Source: a virus (Duplodnaviria; Caudoviricetes). From it: a DNA stretch of 64,000 nt. Location: the IMG/VR virus record IMGVR_UViG_3300038673_000220, positions 85,135-149,134 of that record. The stretch is one strand, 5' to 3'. This document shows, in pieces, positions 1-9,628 of the stretch (positions are counted from its first letter, which is position 1; the number at the start of each line of letters is the position of its first letter). A model generated the notes under the pieces. The model did no database searches and was not told where the DNA came from. It saw only the letters and a program-made list of their open reading frames with translations. The translations under genes and the position numbers were made by a program.

Positions 1-54
1 AGAAGAATAAGAAAAAGATAACTCAATCTTCCAGGAAAAAGAATAGGAGATGAA

Positions 55-618
55 ATGGACGCCTTTAACGAAAAAGAGATGCGTGATATCGATCAATTGC
101 ATTCTGAGTTGATGAAAATCGAAGATACTCAGAATAATGTCGATATATCCGAATTCAATTACTATTCACCGTTATTCAGAAAAGCTGATAACCTTTCTAA
201 AGAAAAGATCAGAGAGCTTTCTGACCAATTCTTTCGAAGATTCAACGTCTATAAACCCATTGTTGTTTTTCAAGAAGGTGAAGAGATTTTTCGAGTACCC
301 CAACTCTTTATTGAAATCAACGATGTTTCTAAAGAACATACGAATCTCGTTGACAACTTCAGAACGCATGGAGTATCTGATGTCCCGAAGTATGCTCAGG
401 AAGCAACCTATGGTTTATTAGCAGCTATCCTAAAATCCCAAGAAGATGTGAGTGAAAAAGGCTTCAAATCGTATGGTGAATACATCAATCATCTTTCAAA
501 TGAGTATCGTAGAGATGTTGAGGCTTTCACTCAGGTGAAGGATAACGTACCTGTAGAAAAACAAAGATCTCACAAAGATATTGATATTAATGACATTGAC
601 GGACTTGTCTGGAAATGA
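55..618 (+). CDS. Hypothetical protein of the jumbo-phage early block
   Basis: 187-aa ORF with AGGAG upstream; ATGA overlap with the nuclease gene. Confidence 0.6.
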   Translation: MDAFNEKEMRDIDQLHSELMKIEDTQNNVDISEFNYYSPLFRKADNLSKEKIRELSDQFFRRFNVYKPIVVFQEGEEIFRVPQLFIEINDVSKEHTNLVDNFRTHGVSDVPKYAQEATYGLLAAILKSQEDVSEKGFKSYGEYINHLSNEYRRDVEAFTQVKDNVPVEKQRSHKDIDINDIDGLVWK

Positions 619-1721
619 AATTCATATGTGCATCCGATCTCCACTTTGGGCACCGAAAGGTGCCCAGTATCGATACGGCAAATAATCTCAGATCATTCCT
701 TTTTCCTCAACTTAATGACACAGTCGATGTTCTATTTTTAAATGGTGACATCTTTGATGCAATGGTTTCTATCAACAGTATCGATTCAATTATTATCCTT
801 GAACTCTTTACTGATCTTTTATTCCTCTGCGATAAACACAATATCAAGATAAGAATCCTTAGAGGAACTTATTCTCATGATCATAAACAGCTTGAGTTTA
901 TATCGAAACTCAAATTGAAGCTCAATCTTTCAGTTGATTACAAAATGTATGACACACTTAGCGTTGAATACATCAAAGAATTCGATAAGAATATCTTGTA
1001 TTTACCAGATAATCTTCCATTTGGTACTAAGTATGATATGTTCGATCATATCAGTAAGCTTTTTCAAGTTATCAATATTGATAAAGTTGATTTCATCATG
1101 ATGCATGGTGAGCTGACGCATATGATTTTCGGACATGTGAGCAAGAACTCATTTGATGTGAGTGAGTTGAATAGATTCTGTAAAGGTTGGATATTTTCAG
1201 GACATATTCACAAACCGCTTAAGTATAAGAATTCTATTTCGATAGGAAGTTTTAATCGGTTAGCTCATAATGAAGAAGAATCTAAAGGATTTTGGTTATT
1301 TGATCAAAAACCTATATTCATAAAGAACGAAGAAGCTACGATCTTCAAGACGATCAACCTTTCACATATAGATGATATCCAGAAGATCATATTAAAATAT
1401 CAAGAAGAAGTTGATATCCTTGATAAAGATAAAAAATCTTTTATTCGAGTATTGATAAAAGATTCACACCTGAAACAAACTCTTAACAAATTCAGCTTGG
1501 AATATTATCCTCATGTGGTTTTAACTTTCAAGAATAACATTACAAAAACCACTGAAGAGGATGACTTTCTTAATAAGAAGTTATTTCATGATAAACACGA
1601 ATACTTGGAAGCTCCTTCCTTAGAGAATATAGCGTCCATTGTTTTTAACGATCTCCAATCTAAAGGTCTATTTATTGATATCGAAGAAATTAAACAAATT
1701 ATCAATGTAGACATATTCTGA
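615..1721 (+). CDS. sbcD: SbcD/Mre11-like metallophosphoesterase nuclease (phiKZ gp65-like)
   Basis: Motifs DLHFG, GDIFD, GTYSHD, HG, GHIH. Confidence 0.85.
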   Translation: MKFICASDLHFGHRKVPSIDTANNLRSFLFPQLNDTVDVLFLNGDIFDAMVSINSIDSIIILELFTDLLFLCDKHNIKIRILRGTYSHDHKQLEFISKLKLKLNLSVDYKMYDTLSVEYIKEFDKNILYLPDNLPFGTKYDMFDHISKLFQVINIDKVDFIMMHGELTHMIFGHVSKNSFDVSELNRFCKGWIFSGHIHKPLKYKNSISIGSFNRLAHNEEESKGFWLFDQKPIFIKNEEATIFKTINLSHIDDIQKIILKYQEEVDILDKDKKSFIRVLIKDSHLKQTLNKFSLEYYPHVVLTFKNNITKTTEEDDFLNKKLFHDKHEYLEAPSLENIASIVFNDLQSKGLFIDIEEIKQIINVDIF

Positions 1722-1729
1722 GGTTTATT

Positions 1730-2566
1730 ATGATTGTCGAAAAAAGAACATATCACCCACTCGTTAGTGATCTTGAAGAAAAAGTAAGTTATGGTACTTT
1801 AGGTATATTGGAAACGTTAGTGCATCATTTTAACGATCAACCTCATCTTAATCGAAAGATCCTTCTCGTTAATGGTGATACAATTATACGTAATTGTTAT
1901 CATAAAGATTTACCAGTTAATACGATATACGATAAGATCTCTTTCGATTTTGAAAAGCTCATTTACTATTACAGACAATATGTAAATGAAGGAATCGTTA
2001 TCATCTATTTTCATCCAGGTATATATGGGTTTATACCACAACATCTGCAAAAGAAATTAACACCGTTACGTGAGAATTTAACAACATTATCCAATGGTGT
2101 AATAAGTCTCAACAGTGTTGAATTCAACAAGGTTAGAACCCTCAGTGATGAAAGTGTCAAAGTAGTAGCTTTGGCTGTAAAAGGTAAGTTTAGTTATAAA
2201 AGCTTACTGGAACAGTTTCGATCGTTATTCTTATCGAATAAGATATGGATGATCAGTCATTGTCCGATCGATTATTTCTTATTCCAATCATTTGATATTG
2301 AACTTATCAATAGCCATACAGGTATCATAATCACTAAAAAAGATCTCGGTAAAAAAGTATTTGGTGAATCAAATGTACCTTTCAACAAAACATCATTGAT
2401 GCTCTTTGGTGATAAAGAGTTTATACGACCTTTATGTCGTAATAAACCAAAGGCTTTATTAGAACTTAAGAGTAATAATATTCATCTTCGTACTGAGAGA
2501 GAATTGGCTCAACTTGCTGTGACGAAACTCAAGATAGATAGGAAATCTCTTTTGTGGGATTTCTGA
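1730..2566 (+). CDS. Conserved jumbo-phage protein (phiKZ gp66 position); possibly PIN/FEN-like nuclease fold
   Basis: NGDTIIRN, SHCPID, SHTG and FGD motifs; follows sbcD; GAGG SD. Confidence 0.45.
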   Translation: MIVEKRTYHPLVSDLEEKVSYGTLGILETLVHHFNDQPHLNRKILLVNGDTIIRNCYHKDLPVNTIYDKISFDFEKLIYYYRQYVNEGIVIIYFHPGIYGFIPQHLQKKLTPLRENLTTLSNGVISLNSVEFNKVRTLSDESVKVVALAVKGKFSYKSLLEQFRSLFLSNKIWMISHCPIDYFLFQSFDIELINSHTGIIITKKDLGKKVFGESNVPFNKTSLMLFGDKEFIRPLCRNKPKALLELKSNNIHLRTERELAQLAVTKLKIDRKSLLWDF

Positions 2567-2632
2567 TATTTTTTTACAAGAAAGTCCTATCATATAGGAT
2601 AAAAATCAACTCTTAAGGAGATTAAAAAGGCT

Positions 2633-3214
2633 ATGGACGATAACGGCAATATTAATAAAGCGATTCGGTTTTCAACGGATGATTTCAAATACACCGCTGA
2701 TTTGAGTCTGTATGGAGGTCGAGCAAGTTTTTCTATTTTTGATAATGGGTCAAAAAGTGCTCCAGTAATTAAAATGCTCTTCAATCAGACATCTGGTGCG
2801 CAGATCGTTTTCATCATGAATAAAGTATTGAATGAAAAAGATCTCAGATCACCTATCGAGCAATCCCATTATCCATACAACCGTGATACTAAAGAAAGCT
2901 CATTCAAGAGTTCTTTAGCTATCGGTAGAGATAATGAAGGAGTCATTTTCTTCGATTTCACAAGCGATACGCACAAAGATCCTATTCGGTTTTATCCGAT
3001 AACTGATAAGAGTGTCCGTATCAACGGTATGGAGCTTCCAAAAGTTACATTAACTGAGATGAGCGTTCGAGCAATCATCAATGTTTTTAACGTGTTACTT
3101 AAAGCCAGCTTGTATACAAAAGATCTTCCATTTTCACCGAACGATGGGGGTGGTTCCACTGGAGGTGGTTTCGTAGATCCGAAATCGTCTGTTGGTGACG
3201 ACGTCCCGTTTTAA
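2633..3214 (+). CDS. Putative ssDNA-binding-like protein (phiKZ gp67 position)
   Basis: Gly-rich linker and acidic C-terminal tip GDDVPF resembling SSB DDIPF; TAAGGAG upstream. Confidence 0.5.
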   Translation: MDDNGNINKAIRFSTDDFKYTADLSLYGGRASFSIFDNGSKSAPVIKMLFNQTSGAQIVFIMNKVLNEKDLRSPIEQSHYPYNRDTKESSFKSSLAIGRDNEGVIFFDFTSDTHKDPIRFYPITDKSVRINGMELPKVTLTEMSVRAIINVFNVLLKASLYTKDLPFSPNDGGGSTGGGFVDPKSSVGDDVPF

Positions 3215-3236
3215 TAAACTGCTAAGGAGCTTTGGA

Positions 3237-3272
3237 ATGAAATTAGTCTTAGCTATGCAGTCGGACAAATAA
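3237..3272 (+). CDS. Possible 11-aa micro-ORF (MKLVLAMQSDK)
   Basis: TAAGGAG at 3223-3229, 7 nt before ATG; ends just before a terminator. Confidence 0.3.
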   Translation: MKLVLAMQSDK

Positions 3273-3280
3273 ACAACTTT

Positions 3281-3314
3281 TCGAGTACTACCGCATAAGG
3301 TAGTACTCGATTTT
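3281..3314 (+). terminator. Intrinsic terminator
   Basis: 12-bp perfect stem TCGAGTACTACC/GGTAGTACTCGA followed by TTTT. Confidence 0.75.
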
Positions 3315-3317
3315 CAT

Positions 3318-3329
3318 ATATATATCATA
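3318..3329 (+). promoter_or_regulatory. Putative early (virion-RNAP) promoter ATATATATCATA
   Basis: Same motif at 6080, 11329 and 25617, each upstream of an early-type gene; resembles phiKZ early TATATTAC. Confidence 0.6.
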
Positions 3330-3371
3330 ATAAAGAAGCTTGTATAATTAATATAAAAAGAGGAGTTGATA

Positions 3372-4982
3372 ATGTCTGTTTCGTACGATTTTCTTAAAAG
3401 ATATATAGACCCAGATACTGGACAGGTTAATTTCATTGAGATCGATTATGACCCTGAAAAGATTCGAATTGAAAAGCGTTTGTTCAACATCAGGACTTAT
3501 GATGTTTTAAGGAAGAACAAATGGGGTAATGTTGATCCAGTTAATCGATTCATCCGTGAGACATTGGATGAATCTGAATATGACCAACTTGTCCAGCTCT
3601 TCGTTAAATGTAAAAGAGAATTGGTTGGAGCTGAAACTGGAGAGAGTATTGTCGACGCAGTTGTTAAGATCGACAATTATATCTATAAAACCTTTAAGAA
3701 ATTAGGTATTTCTGCAAGGGTTTTCGATTTCGTTTGTCGGGATCAGTCTATATCTCTTCCTGATTTTACTAACATAGGTACACGAGATCAGGATACTCCA
3801 GAGAAAACTTTCTATGAGGATGATTACCATCTGATCAATACGATCGTTATCATAGCAAAGATGCTTTGTCCTCTATTTGGTGACATCATCAACCGAATCA
3901 AATTAGCAAATGATTCGTATAAAAGTATGAAAGAGATCGTAGCATTTGGTATCATTAATAATATCCTTCGTGAAGATTTTGAAGTTATTACGAAGAAGCT
4001 CATGAATTATATCGGAAAGATGATCGATAGATTCTTATCTGATGATCCGATGATAACTTTCAATGGTATCACGGCAACAAGCCTGACGAATTACATGTTC
4101 GCTAAGATCATCGTTAAGAATTTTACGAATCTTAATTTGTATGAGCCTGATGGAAACGTTATTCGATCAGTTTGTGTGACATTAAAGCGGTCTATTGAAA
4201 ATGAAACAAAAGGTGCTACAAAGCTCATGTATCGTGAGCGTTTTGTACCTGAGACAAGCGATGATGATCAGAATACATCGCTTATGGAAAACTCTATCAA
4301 TACGGTGAATGAACCAGTAGAAACACCCGTAATAGTTCATGAGGCGATTGAGTATTTCATTAGTGATTTTCTTGAAAAGAATTCTGTTGATAAAGAGTTC
4401 TTTGAAGAACTTGTTCGGTATTATAAAGTAACGATCCTTCAACCAACACCTGTGAATGAGTTGATCGTTGCTTTGTTTGTGGCTGATCCAATAGGTTCTG
4501 CGTATTGTGTAAAATACATGGATATGGATATGATGATTCGTATCATTGTCATCATCCAGATCTACGCAATGAATATGGGGTTCAAATCGATCATCCCTAT
4601 CTTGTCACTGATACCAACGAATACTACAAAAACGGAAATAAACGATGCTGATAATCGCATCATTCTGAATAACGGTCGTGGTAATAATCCGAATATGATT
4701 AATTACTTCATTCATTTGAATGAGTGTGTTGGTCATATTAAGGATTGGAACGGTTTCAATTTTACTGAATATATGAAGATAATCATGATGTATGTCATTG
4801 AGAATATTCATATATACAACGTTGCTCCAGGTTTACTAAATATATCTGATACTGGAACAACATACAAAGGAGACGACGACACACTCAAATACGATGAAAA
4901 CATCATAGCCGAATTACATAGCTTTATGTACCATCTTCTTAAATTATCCAACGAGGATCGGAGCTTTGTTAATCAATATTAG
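3372..4982 (+). CDS. Non-virion RNAP promoter-specificity (sigma-like) subunit, phiKZ gp68-like
   Basis: About 536 aa; TFYEDDY..L..IAKMLCPLFG motif; synteny with the nvRNAP block; AGGAG before ATG 3372. Confidence 0.6.
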   Translation: MSVSYDFLKRYIDPDTGQVNFIEIDYDPEKIRIEKRLFNIRTYDVLRKNKWGNVDPVNRFIRETLDESEYDQLVQLFVKCKRELVGAETGESIVDAVVKIDNYIYKTFKKLGISARVFDFVCRDQSISLPDFTNIGTRDQDTPEKTFYEDDYHLINTIVIIAKMLCPLFGDIINRIKLANDSYKSMKEIVAFGIINNILREDFEVITKKLMNYIGKMIDRFLSDDPMITFNGITATSLTNYMFAKIIVKNFTNLNLYEPDGNVIRSVCVTLKRSIENETKGATKLMYRERFVPETSDDDQNTSLMENSINTVNEPVETPVIVHEAIEYFISDFLEKNSVDKEFFEELVRYYKVTILQPTPVNELIVALFVADPIGSAYCVKYMDMDMMIRIIVIIQIYAMNMGFKSIIPILSLIPTNTTKTEINDADNRIILNNGRGNNPNMINYFIHLNECVGHIKDWNGFNFTEYMKIIMMYVIENIHIYNVAPGLLNISDTGTTYKGDDDTLKYDENIIAELHSFMYHLLKLSNEDRSFVNQY

Positions 4983-6072
4983 CTCAGGATTAACGATAAG
5001 AGAAGCTGCTTCCATGGGAGAGGTTGATATACCTATCAGCCTTTCCATAGAAGCTGTAAATACTAAATCAATCATTCGGAATGGTAGGTATAAAAAAGAT
5101 CAAAGTACAAGATTCGATTTCATTAAAGAAAACGGTTCTATGGTATTAAATGGAATCTATTTCTATATTGAAATGATCTCTGTTGGAGTAGGTGTAAACC
5201 ATTATCTTATCATTTTAAGACTGTGGGGTAAATCAACAACGTGTAAAGAATTTCTTGTAACTAAGAACATCGAAATATTCAGAAAATCCATACTGAATAT
5301 GAATATTTTATCATCAACGATAATAGCAAAAATATGTACAACGATCGGTGATGAGAATATGGATGATGATCTTGATATGGCTGATTATCAGGCTTTAGGA
5401 TTCGTTACTGAAAAACTTCCCATTATACCGAATCTAACGCAAAAGGAATACAACCAACTCAATTACCTATCTCTATTAACTCAACCAAGATGTACTGATG
5501 TCACAAAGATCCTTCTTAACACACTCTATTTTGAAGGATTAACTTCTGTAGATTTGATCAATTTAACAACTGGTATTGAACAACCGAACTTCATAAAGAG
5601 ATGTTATCAGTACCAGCATCAAGCTGATTTTGATATCGATGCGAGTAATATCTTTATGAGGATCATTGATATCGGTGTTTTGGATAGTATGATCATCTTA
5701 AAGAGGATACCTTATGATTCTTTTAATATCAACATCAATCTCAGAGAATATGATATAACGATCAACACTGTCAACACGTCAGCTGGACCGCTTTTTCCAT
5801 TTGATTTCAATATGATCTATAACGAAATCGTAGGCATTCTTAATGAATTCGTTATGACTTTCTTGTATTGTGAATCGTGTGCGAACGTATTAACGAATCA
5901 GGAGTCAGTTGTATATATTGACGATGATACCAAAATCGTCATCGACTCATTAAATATTATTAGAACCAATGATGAAATAGTAACAATAACTTTCTATTCA
6001 GGAGATTATATTTATTCGAGAAGCTACGATCTGATCATGTTGGCTATGCTGTCCCCTGTCTTAGGGGAATAA
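4966..6072 (+). CDS. Hypothetical protein
   Basis: 368-aa ORF, TTG start with GGAG, overlaps the upstream stop. Confidence 0.6.
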   Translation: MLINISSGLTIREAASMGEVDIPISLSIEAVNTKSIIRNGRYKKDQSTRFDFIKENGSMVLNGIYFYIEMISVGVGVNHYLIILRLWGKSTTCKEFLVTKNIEIFRKSILNMNILSSTIIAKICTTIGDENMDDDLDMADYQALGFVTEKLPIIPNLTQKEYNQLNYLSLLTQPRCTDVTKILLNTLYFEGLTSVDLINLTTGIEQPNFIKRCYQYQHQADFDIDASNIFMRIIDIGVLDSMIILKRIPYDSFNININLREYDITINTVNTSAGPLFPFDFNMIYNEIVGILNEFVMTFLYCESCANVLTNQESVVYIDDDTKIVIDSLNIIRTNDEIVTITFYSGDYIYSRSYDLIMLAMLSPVLGE

Positions 6073-6079
6073 TCTTTAA

Positions 6080-6091
6080 ATATATATCATA
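6080..6091 (+). promoter_or_regulatory. Putative early promoter ATATATATCATA
   Basis: Identical to 3318-3329. Confidence 0.6.
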
Positions 6092-6128
6092 TACTGAAAC
6101 CTAAAGATCTTTTTAATTGGAGGAGATC

Positions 6129-7667
6129 ATGTTACAAAATATCTATGATGAGCAAGATAATAATCAAACTGCAAGTAATAATATCATTCAAAGTATTAGT
6201 GGTAATTTCAATGTTGGAAACAGTGTATTGATTCTGCTTTCTCCACGAAATGTTTGTGATCATTATAAACGTCCTTACGTATACAATTTCGATAACAACC
6301 TTATTGAAAATGTAGCAGAGAATATCGTTTCACATCCATCGATGCAACATAGTGTTAAAAATATCATCAATGGCGTTCCTTCTATCAATCACGCTATTTT
6401 ACCATCTTCGTATGGATTCAATATAGCGACTTCCGCTTATTCACACAGTTGGGGATTCGTTTTCATCATCGATGATAACATGGGTCCAGGTGTTATCAAC
6501 AACAACATATCGAATCGCCGTATCTTTATCGGTGTGTGTGGTCAAGAGCCTATATCGCAAATGGGATTAGCTTCAGCTACCCCAGAAAAGTATCTGAACC
6601 CTAATTGTCAATTGATCATAACCAAACAGATGCTTATCAGGAAATACGCAACGTTTGGTTCACGAGATTACCGTAATGCTACAAGAACTACAATCAACGA
6701 TAACCTCGTTCATTATGATCAAACGCTTTGGGGTGATGGTAATGGTGACTCGACATTTTACACATTGAATCCTGGATCTATTCATAATCAAGTTAATTTT
6801 GAAGAAGATCAAATGTCAGCTATACATGATCTTGGATCGAGTATAAATGTCATGGGTTCATCTAAGATAAAGAGTTCGTTGGAATCACCAAAGAAGCAGA
6901 TGCAAGATATCTTAAATGCGATCCAATCTGGATCTCAGAATCTTTCATTCCTTTCAACTCAAGGTGATTTTGCAGAAGAAGCTATAACTCCAATAGGTCA
7001 TGGATTGGATGACACATCGACGATGTTTCAGTCATATGTTCATAGCGCCTTTAATGAGAAGAACATCAATGATAATTCCATCAACGATGCGAATATGATT
7101 GATCCTAGAGCATTCGTTAACATATCTATGTTGATGAGTAATTATTCTCCACGTGTTTTTCCAATTAACATTCCACAGAATGACAAATTCGACATCATTC
7201 CTCAGCATTACAAGAGTTTAAATAACATCTTCTCTTCGTTGGTTTGTTCTGTGGTACCTGCATATATGAGTAGTAGCAATATATCAGAAATAGCTTTTAT
7301 GTATAATTCGTATCATGATGCTATTTCAGTTAATCATATTGCATCACCGACTACCGCCGATAATGAAACGCTTAAGCTTGCATGGCAAACTTTCGAATAC
7401 CTTATCAGGAATGATCTTTTTCCGATATTGAGGCATAATGGTGGTGAATTTGATCTTCAAGTACTTTCAGTATTGAATGCAAATACTGATGTTATTTTGA
7501 ATTTCCTGGATAATGAAATACTACCAGTTGGATCCATTTATCGTGAGAATACCCAACTTGGCGGTATAACCTCATCGTTGATCGGTAATACGAACAATGT
7601 TGATACAAACTCTGTTCGGTTGAATGATCTTATCAGGCAAGTAAGTGGAAATGCCAAAATCTATTAA
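6129..7667 (+). CDS. Probable PicA/Imp1-like phage-nucleus import factor (phiKZ gp69 position)
   Basis: About 512 aa; YKRPY and SWGFVFII motifs as recalled for the family; lies between gp68-like and gp70-like genes; GGAGGAG SD. Confidence 0.45.
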   Translation: MLQNIYDEQDNNQTASNNIIQSISGNFNVGNSVLILLSPRNVCDHYKRPYVYNFDNNLIENVAENIVSHPSMQHSVKNIINGVPSINHAILPSSYGFNIATSAYSHSWGFVFIIDDNMGPGVINNNISNRRIFIGVCGQEPISQMGLASATPEKYLNPNCQLIITKQMLIRKYATFGSRDYRNATRTTINDNLVHYDQTLWGDGNGDSTFYTLNPGSIHNQVNFEEDQMSAIHDLGSSINVMGSSKIKSSLESPKKQMQDILNAIQSGSQNLSFLSTQGDFAEEAITPIGHGLDDTSTMFQSYVHSAFNEKNINDNSINDANMIDPRAFVNISMLMSNYSPRVFPINIPQNDKFDIIPQHYKSLNNIFSSLVCSVVPAYMSSSNISEIAFMYNSYHDAISVNHIASPTTADNETLKLAWQTFEYLIRNDLFPILRHNGGEFDLQVLSVLNANTDVILNFLDNEILPVGSIYRENTQLGGITSSLIGNTNNVDTNSVRLNDLIRQVSGNAKIY

Positions 7668-7681
7668 AAAGGTGAAAAATC

Positions 7682-8764
7682 ATGAGTGAGATAAAGGTAG
7701 AACAATTTGTTCGATTTCTTGTTGGTCTTGGTGGAGTATATGATGTTGATGAGAATGGTTATATCATCAATAAAGATCGAGACGAAGATAAACCGGTTCT
7801 TCTGAAGGTTGATAATCGTTATCGAAATATCATGGTGATGAAGGATGTCATTAAAGATCCTGAAGTCGTTGTTATCAATCCTCTGAATGAAAATATAACT
7901 GAGTCGAACGATGCTCGATGGTTATATATGGGGTTGACAGCTGGATTGGGTCATCGTATACTCCACATCATCAATCATCTGCATTTTATCATCTCTTCTG
8001 AGAAATCTGATGAAGAGCTATCGTTCTCAACTGAAGAACTGAAATTTGCAGCTCGTCATAAAGACTTCAATAAGAAGACTTTGGATGCGATCAACATCAT
8101 CAGTAAGAAGCTTGAAACATTCACATATGTCTGGTATAATCGTAAACAGAAGGAAGCTCACTTGGGAAGCTCTGTTTATGATCCAGATACAATAGCTGAA
8201 TTTCCACAATTCACACCGAAAGTTTGGAAGACTATCGGAAAACTCTTCGGTGAACTTTTCAATGTGAATGAGGATCTTGAGAAAGGTAAAGAAGAGCTTT
8301 ATGAAAAATATACAGTTCGATCCGACCTTATCAATGTTCCAAAACTTGAATCCATTTTGAATGTTTATTATAAGGTTTATTCTCACCTCAATAAATATCT
8401 CGAAATGTGTAATATCGATGATGCTGACTTTGTTATCGACTTGACTGAATTCGGTCATCACATCGAACATCTCCAAGATTATTACAATAAGGCCAAATGG
8501 TTTACTGGACCGATCGGTTCAACTAAGACCGAAACTCCCCAAACGAGTATACCAACATCTGTTCCTCAGAGGAATGCTCCATTGAGAGGACATGAAGAAT
8601 CATCTATTCCAGATAATCCGTTTAGACGGAATATGGATTTTGATAGATTCAGTAATCAGCCAAGTAGATTCGGTAATCAACCTCAGTTCGGTGGTCAGCA
8701 ACAATTCGGTGGTCAACCACAATTCAGCGGTCAACCACAATTCGGTGGAAACGTTTACTATTAA
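7682..8764 (+). CDS. Conserved protein (phiKZ gp70 position) with C-terminal QxFG(G) low-complexity tail
   Basis: NPLNENI motif, 360 aa, synteny; tail FGNQPQFGGQQQFGGQPQFSGQPQFGG. Confidence 0.55.
   Translation: MSEIKVEQFVRFLVGLGGVYDVDENGYIINKDRDEDKPVLLKVDNRYRNIMVMKDVIKDPEVVVINPLNENITESNDARWLYMGLTAGLGHRILHIINHLHFIISSEKSDEELSFSTEELKFAARHKDFNKKTLDAINIISKKLETFTYVWYNRKQKEAHLGSSVYDPDTIAEFPQFTPKVWKTIGKLFGELFNVNEDLEKGKEELYEKYTVRSDLINVPKLESILNVYYKVYSHLNKYLEMCNIDDADFVIDLTEFGHHIEHLQDYYNKAKWFTGPIGSTKTETPQTSIPTSVPQRNAPLRGHEESSIPDNPFRRNMDFDRFSNQPSRFGNQPQFGGQQQFGGQPQFSGQPQFGGNVYY
8648..8749 (+). repeat. Coding tandem repeat of ~18-nt units encoding Q-x-Q-F-G-G
   Basis: TTC units at 8648, 8669, 8687, 8705, 8723 and 8741. 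Confidence 0.85.
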
Positions 8765-8771
8765 TTAAAAG

Positions 8772-8816
8772 ATACGCCGAAAGAGCTTTTACACTCTTTC
8801 GGCGTATTTATTTTTT
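8772..8816 (+). terminator. Intrinsic terminator
   Basis: 14-bp stem ATACGCCGAAAGAG/CTCTTTCGGCGTAT followed by a T-tract. Confidence 0.8.
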
Positions 8817-8826
8817 AGGAGCAATC

Positions 8827-9627
8827 ATGGCTAATTTTGATTTATTTGTTGGAATATCTGTTGAGAATAAACAACTTGAATCACGACAATTACGCGTATT
8901 CCTTCGAGAATTATTACCTCATGCTGGAGGTGATTTAAAAGACAATGCTCAAGAAGAAACGTATAACGTGAAGGACGATCAAGGTAACCAAGTATCTGGG
9001 AGTGTTAAGACCTCAAATCATGTTGTCGCTGATTATTTTGGTTTAGAAACAAACAGAGCTTTTCCACCTGATATCGTTAAAGGAGAACAAGTTCTTGTCT
9101 TCAAATACGAAGGTGAGGATAAATACTACTGGGTATCATTTGGTCGAGATGACAATCTCAGAAGAGGTGAGCTTCTACGATGGCAAGCTTCGGATGATAT
9201 GTCAGAGATCAAAGATTTAAACGAATCGAATACATACTTTATGGAACTCGATACGAAGGTTGCGAAACGAGCTCGTATTCACACCTCTAAATCTGATGGT
9301 GAAGCTTTTGTTTATGATATCACTATCGATTCAAAGAATAACACTTTAGTCATTACTGATGACATCAATAATACAATAGTTATCAAGTCTGATGAAGAAC
9401 GTGTAACTATCAACAATTCACGAGGAAGTGTTGTTAACCTAAACAAATCTGATATAGAGATATTTGCTCCAAGGAATATTCTGATAAGAGCTGGGAATAC
9501 CCTAACGCTGTGGAATCCATGTTGTATTGGGAGTGGTGGGTTTGCTGGTGGTGAGGGGCATATGACACGAGTAGGAGCTACTCGAGGTATGTCTGGTGAT
9601 ATAGCTTTCGGTGAACGAGGTAAATGA
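8827..9627 (+). CDS. Baseplate central spike-like protein (OB fold plus beta-helix)
   Basis: PPDIVKGEQV..YYW motif followed by short beta-strand repeats, typical of gp5/gpV-like spikes. Confidence 0.6.
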   Translation: MANFDLFVGISVENKQLESRQLRVFLRELLPHAGGDLKDNAQEETYNVKDDQGNQVSGSVKTSNHVVADYFGLETNRAFPPDIVKGEQVLVFKYEGEDKYYWVSFGRDDNLRRGELLRWQASDDMSEIKDLNESNTYFMELDTKVAKRARIHTSKSDGEAFVYDITIDSKNNTLVITDDINNTIVIKSDEERVTINNSRGSVVNLNKSDIEIFAPRNILIRAGNTLTLWNPCCIGSGGFAGGEGHMTRVGATRGMSGDIAFGERGK

Positions 9628-9628
9628 A

